From assembly GCA_050260095.1 (NCBI GenBank), contig JBLNBQ010000180.1:1-62895 (forward strand): 62,895 nucleotides of DNA. Reading direction: 5' to 3'. The translations under genes and the position numbers were made by a program. The stretch's first letter is position 1, and every line of letters starts with the position of its first letter. Shown piece by piece: positions 58,977-62,895 of the stretch. This stretch comes from Chitinophagales bacterium (GTDB taxonomy: Bacteria; Bacillota; UBA5301; DYFA01). The notes beneath the pieces are model-generated. The model was not told where the DNA came from and ran no database searches. It worked only from the letters and a program-made list of their open reading frames with translations.

Positions 58977-59948
58977 CTATTTGCCGCCGTTGCTCCCCGG
59001 AGCGGCGGGCGCCGCGCCCGGCGGGTGGCCGGTCTCAGGCGGCCGGGTCCCCGAACCGAAGCCGAACCCCAGGAGAATCTTCTCGAACTCCGGCCCGGTG
59101 ACCTCCGGCGTCCCGACGTTCACCCGCGGGATCTGCAAGGGGTCGGTGGCGCGCGTCACCACGCCCGGGCGGGTGGTGACGATGAACCGGTACCCCTCCA
59201 CCCTGGCGAGGCGCAGGGACCAGGCGTCGTAGCGCCCGTAGGGGAAGGCGAAGAAGGGCGAGACGAAGCCGAGGTGCTCCTCGAAGAGCCAGTCGGCCTC
59301 CGCGAAGTCGCCCAGCACGCGGGCTTCGTACTCTTCCACGGTCTCGGGCCTTCCGGGACCGGGGAGAAACGCCCGGGAGACGAGGGCGGCGCCGCTCTTC
59401 CCCCCGCCCAGGTCGACGAAGTTATGCTGGTCGTAAGTGTGCGGGGCCACGGTCACCAGCCCCGAGTCGGCCATCTCCTTGAGCTGCCCCCAGGTCACGT
59501 GCGGGAGCCCTTGGGAAGTGGTCTCGGGATGCTCCGTCGGGCGGGCGATGACGAAGAACGCGGCGGGCAGCCGCAAGGCCTGGAGTTCCGGGTAGACGTA
59601 CCGGTAGAAGGACTCATAGCCATCGTCGAACGTGATGACCACCGACTCCGGTGGGAGGTCGCGCCTTCCTTCGAGGAACTCGGCGAGCTGCGGCAGGGAG
59701 ATGACCGGCAGCCCGAGCCGCCGGATGATCTGCAAGTGCTCCCGAAAGAGTTCGGGCGTGATGGTGCCGTGGCTGGTGGGGTGGTCGCTCAGGTGGTGGT
59801 AGAGGAGGACCAGGACCCGGGGCTCCGGGGAACCGTTCGCCTGGACCGGCGTGACGAGAACCGAACCGAGGCAGGCGAGGAGAACGAGCGAGAGCATAAG
59901 GCGCACCTTCAGCGAAATACACCCCCTGGCTTCTACCGGCATATTCAT
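58977..59948 (-). CDS. Secreted polysaccharide deacetylase (NodB-homology)
   Basis: Signal RLMLSLVLLACLGSVLVTPVQA, then VLVLLYHH, VITFDDGYESFY, APHTYDQHN. ATG at 59948 follows AAGGAGGG. Confidence 0.8.
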   Translation of the reverse strand: MNMPVEARGCISLKVRLMLSLVLLACLGSVLVTPVQANGSPEPRVLVLLYHHLSDHPTSHGTITPELFREHLQIIRRLGLPVISLPQLAEFLEGRRDLPPESVVITFDDGYESFYRYVYPELQALRLPAAFFVIARPTEHPETTSQGLPHVTWGQLKEMADSGLVTVAPHTYDQHNFVDLGGGKSGAALVSRAFLPGPGRPETVEEYEARVLGDFAEADWLFEEHLGFVSPFFAFPYGRYDAWSLRLARVEGYRFIVTTRPGVVTRATDPLQIPRVNVGTPEVTGPEFEKILLGFGFGSGTRPPETGHPPGAAPAAPGSNGGK

Positions 59949-60048
59949 TGGCGCGCCCTCCTTATCCTGCCAAGCCGGTGGCCGGGAAGAAAAGGGGCGG
60001 GCCACCCGGGTGGGTGCCCGCCCCTTTTCTTTTTCCGAGGTGAGACGC

Positions 60049-61065
60049 TTAGGACCGGAAGAAAACGTGCCCGCCGATGACGGTGGTGACCAGCTGCTGC
60101 GTCACCCAGGTATTCTCCGTCCCGGCCGGATTGTAGAAGCCGTTGGCGCCGTTCGAGGGGTCTGCGCCGTTCAGAGCGTCATTCACGGCGGAGTAGGCGG
60201 ACGCCACGGCCGGGTTGTTGATGGTCCCGTTCTCCACGGGGCTGTACTGGTAGTAGTAGGTGTCGAACACCTGATAGATGATGCCGCTCAGGGTCGACGG
60301 GAACCGCGGGTCGGTCATGCGCCGCAGGACGGTGGCGGCGACGGCGACCTGTCCGGCATAAGGTTCGCCCTGGGCTTCGGCCGAAACCAGGCGGGCCAGC
60401 AGTTCATAGTCGGACTTGGTCACGATGTACTTGCTGCCCCAAACCGAGTTGCCGCCGCCGGCGCCGGGCTCCACGAACGCCGAACCGCCGGAAGCGGTCG
60501 ACGACCCGCCGGACGTCCCCGGAACGGAGATGGTCTGGCCCGGATACAGTTCGTTGGTCCACAGACCGTTGGCCTGGCGCAAGGCGTCCACCGTGGTCCC
60601 GACCCGCTGGGCGATGGTGAACAGGCTGTCGCCTGGCTCGACGGTGTAGCTCCGGCGGGCGCCGCTCCCCGCCGTCCCCGCCGGCAGGCTCAGGGTCTGG
60701 CCCGGATACAGGTCGTTCGTCCAGAGGCCGTTGGCCTGCCGGAGGGCGTCGACCGTGGTGCCCACCCGCTGGGCGATGGTGAAGAGACTGTCGCCCGGCT
60801 GGACGGTGTATCCGGCACCGCGGCCGGTGGAACGGCCGCTGCCCGGCACCACCAGGCTCTGGCCAGGGTAGAGCGAGTCGGTCCAGATGCCGTTGGCCTG
60901 CCGGAGGGTGTCCACCGACACGCCTCTGCGCTGGGCGATCAGGTAGAGCGTATCGCCTGGCCGGACGGTATAGCTGGCGGCGCCCACTGCGCCCGGGACC
61001 AGAAGCGAAGCCAACACGCTGCTGAGGACGGCCCGAGAGAGAACATTCTGTTTGCGGTCGCGCAA
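60049..61065 (-). CDS. Three-LysM plus SleB/CwlJ-type (Hydrolase_2) cell-wall hydrolase
   Basis: Three LysM modules (YTV.PGD(T/S)L(Y/F).IAQR.G..VD.LRQANG.W...LYPGQ), then LLARLVSAEAQGEPYAGQVAVAATVLRR...FPSTLSGIIYQ...GGHVFF. TTG start follows GAAGGAGG. Confidence 0.85.
   Translation of the reverse strand: MRDRKQNVLSRAVLSSVLASLLVPGAVGAASYTVRPGDTLYLIAQRRGVSVDTLRQANGIWTDSLYPGQSLVVPGSGRSTGRGAGYTVQPGDSLFTIAQRVGTTVDALRQANGLWTNDLYPGQTLSLPAGTAGSGARRSYTVEPGDSLFTIAQRVGTTVDALRQANGLWTNELYPGQTISVPGTSGGSSTASGGSAFVEPGAGGGNSVWGSKYIVTKSDYELLARLVSAEAQGEPYAGQVAVAATVLRRMTDPRFPSTLSGIIYQVFDTYYYQYSPVENGTINNPAVASAYSAVNDALNGADPSNGANGFYNPAGTENTWVTQQLVTTVIGGHVFFRS
60530..60960 (-). repeat. Three tandem LysM-coding units (~160-nt period), the inner two nearly identical at protein level
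   Basis: 60531..60650 and 60693..60812 align with mostly synonymous differences (GGTCTGGCCCGGATACAG.TCGTT.GTCCA.A..CCGTTGGCCTG...). Confidence 0.8.
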
Positions 61066-61303
61066 AAGGTTGCCTCCTTCTTGAGTGATGGTTTACCGGC
61101 CTTGGGAGGAGTTCCGTCGTCTGGACCCCTCCACCTCGGATGGGGAAGACTTAGACATTACGGTAAACCAACCCTGCCGCCAGTTGCTGCCACCACAATT
61201 GCCGGATTCGGGCGAAGCAGGAAAATGATGGGTAAGGGGGAATTGTGCATCAGTCAAGCCTGTGGGCCCGGCGCTGGTCCGGGACATTAGAAGGGGGATC
61301 GCC

Positions 61304-61942
61304 ATGAAGTCGCTCGTCGGACGAGCCGTGATGGTGTGCCTGTCGGAAGAGAACCCTCCGGTCCGCCTGGAGGGCAGGGTGAGCGATCAGCGCGAGGCGC
61401 TTCTGGAGGTGCGCCTGGCCCGCCGGGAGATGGCGAGCCTCCGGTCCGTCCTCCGGCGCACGATCCGGTTGGAGCTCGAGTACGTCGAGGGCCGGGAGGT
61501 CTACGCCATCCCCTGCAACCTCGAGACGTACGGCACGGCCTTCCCGCCGGCCCTGATCGCCCGTCCCACCGGCGCGCCGCGGCTGATCTCCCGGCGCCGG
61601 CACGAGCGGTTCGCCACCAACCTCCCGCTGCGGGTGGTGGTGGATGAGGCAGATGGGACGACGGCGCCCGAGAAGTGGGCCGAGGGGCGGCTGGTCAACC
61701 TCAGCCAAGGCGGGGCCGCCATCAGTCTTCCCGGCCTCCTGCACCGAGGGACCACCGTCACGCTGCAGTTCGTGGCCCGGGAGATGGTGCGCCCGCGAGG
61801 GAAGATCATCCGCGTCGAAGAGGGCGACGGCTGCAAGCTCTTCGGCGTCGAGTTCCTGACCCTGAGCACGCACGACCAGACCTGCCTGAGCAATTACCTC
61901 AGTTCTCTGGGCACCTCGGAGGCTGCCGCGGCGCGCGACTAG
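61304..61942 (+). CDS. PilZ-domain c-di-GMP-binding protein (YcgR-like two-domain layout)
   Basis: RRRHERF...31 aa...LVNLSQGGAAI matches the PilZ RxxxR / (D/N)xSxxG signature. ATG at 61304 follows AAGGGGGA. Confidence 0.75.
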   Translation: MKSLVGRAVMVCLSEENPPVRLEGRVSDQREALLEVRLARREMASLRSVLRRTIRLELEYVEGREVYAIPCNLETYGTAFPPALIARPTGAPRLISRRRHERFATNLPLRVVVDEADGTTAPEKWAEGRLVNLSQGGAAISLPGLLHRGTTVTLQFVAREMVRPRGKIIRVEEGDGCKLFGVEFLTLSTHDQTCLSNYLSSLGTSEAAAARD

Positions 61943-62895
61943 CGCGCCGCCGGCCCCTGCTCCCGCCGGGGATCCCTGAGATAGGCGACCAAGGCGGCGC
62001 CGCTCGCGGCCACGCCGATCACCCCGGCCGCGGCGATCGAGACCGGCGCGCCGCAGCGTCCGGCGAGACCGCCGGCGAAGACGGCGCCGATGGGAGAAAC
62101 CCCGTTCAGCAGCAGCGCATAAAGGCTCACCACCCGTCCCCGCAATTCGTCAGGGACGCTCAACTGGATGGTCGAATTCACCGAATTGACGAAGGTGATC
62201 ATCGCCCATCCCATCAGGGCGAGGACCGCCGCGGCCAGCACGTAGCCTTTGACCCCCGCCAGAAGCAACTGGAACAGCCCGAGGCCGGCGCCGGCCAACA
62301 GGAGCAACCGTTGGTCGGGGCCCCGCCGTGCCCGCCCGGCGAGCGAGAGCGAGCCCACCAGCGCGCCCATCCCCAGGGCTGACATGAGAAACCCGTAGCC
62401 GCGGGCCGACTCGTGCAAGACGCTGCGGGCGTACACCGGCACCAGCACGTTGAAGTTCATCGCGAAGGCCGAAAGGATGCCGAGCAGGAGGAGCGGCCCG
62501 GCCACCGCACGCTCCCGGGCGACATAGGCCAGCCCCTCTTTGAGATGCGCCAGCAGCCGGTTGTCCCCGCGGGCTGCCGCCGGCGGCTGAGCGGGAATGA
62601 GCCAAAGCCCCCAGATGACCGCGAGGAAGCTGACGGCGTTAAGGTAGAAGGCGGCCCCCGCCCCCCACGTTCCCATCACCAGCCCGGCCAGGGCAGGACC
62701 GACGATGCGGGCCGCGTTGAAGATCGAGGAGTTGAGCGCGATGGCGTTCATCAGGTCGTCGCGCCCCCCCACCAGTTCGACAACGTACGCCTGCCGCACC
62801 GGCATGTCGAAGGCGTTGACCAACCCCAAGCCGAGGGCGAGCAGGACCACGTGCCAATACCGCACCAGGCCGGTGGAGACCAGGATGGCGAGGGC
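61939..62895 (-). CDS. MFS transporter (EntS/MFS_3-like), N-terminus outside the window
   Basis: FDMPVRQAYVVELVGGRDDLMNAIALNSSIFNAARIVGPALAG and a further ~7 helices. The reading frame stays open to the window edge. The 4-nt 3' end overlaps the PilZ gene convergently. Confidence 0.8.
   Translation of the reverse strand, partial: ALAILVSTGLVRYWHVVLLALGLGLVNAFDMPVRQAYVVELVGGRDDLMNAIALNSSIFNAARIVGPALAGLVMGTWGAGAAFYLNAVSFLAVIWGLWLIPAQPPAAARGDNRLLAHLKEGLAYVARERAVAGPLLLLGILSAFAMNFNVLVPVYARSVLHESARGYGFLMSALGMGALVGSLSLAGRARRGPDQRLLLLAGAGLGLFQLLLAGVKGYVLAAAVLALMGWAMITFVNSVNSTIQLSVPDELRGRVVSLYALLLNGVSPIGAVFAGGLAGRCGAPVSIAAAGVIGVAASGAALVAYLRDPRREQGPAAR

Noticed and set aside
1-62895. Search for CRISPR arrays, tRNA/rRNA genes, transposases, integrases, phage or toxin-antitoxin/defence genes, and island-bounding direct repeats.
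   Set aside because: None were recognised. The only tandem repeats are in-frame coding repeats (LuxE-like C-terminus, LysM modules, the 9-nt start repeat). Intergenic gaps are short and contain hairpins or terminators rather than structured RNA genes.

Overview
This is a high-GC chromosomal segment with about 65 genes. Sampled 60-nt lines run about 70-78% G+C in most of the window. Between 21 and 61 kb almost every gene lies on the minus strand. I saw no rRNA, tRNA, CRISPR array, transposase or integrase. Gene content in map order: (1) a three-ORF archaeal-type glutamate synthase behind a leader with an intrinsic terminator, next to rex; (2) an EamA transporter, a membrane-anchored alkaline-phosphatase-family protein, a DUF4384 protein and bioY; (3) a three-gene operon of a LuxE-like acyl-protein synthetase with a C-terminal Cys/His tandem repeat, a small membrane protein and a B12-binding radical SAM enzyme; (4) a nitroreductase, a GAF-GGDEF cyclase, a putative glycoside hydrolase translationally coupled to a polysaccharide deacetylase, and a GH15 enzyme; (5) OsmC and endospore genes (sleB-ypeB, DUF1540, an alpha/beta SASP, and later a LysM-SleB hydrolase); (6) a visibly lower-GC seven-gene operon at 21.7-30.1 kb encoding five multiheme c-type cytochromes (about 35 canonical CXXCH motifs), a 650-aa predicted outer-membrane beta-barrel and a six-bladed NHL propeller; (7) nadE, a cyclophilin-like protein and a deacetylase; (8) two paralogous GntR plus Liv-type binding-protein modules that share a single livHMGF set, one heading a polyol/ketose-type operon (Zn-ADH, split transketolase, 2-hydroxyacid dehydrogenase, TIM-barrel isomerase), the other an acetoin-type 2-oxoacid dehydrogenase operon with three extra dehydrogenases and a divergent lipoate ligase; (9) an M48-like pseudo-protease fused to a beta-barrel, pdxA, a trxB-like reductase, an M29 aminopeptidase, another deacetylase, a PilZ protein and a partial MFS transporter. 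The item I rate most novel is the cytochrome / beta-barrel / NHL operon. I read it as a porin-cytochrome-type, possibly cytochrome-nanowire-type, extracellular electron-transfer module in an endospore-forming and apparently diderm Firmicutes-like organism. All functional calls come from motif recognition by eye. No database search was run.
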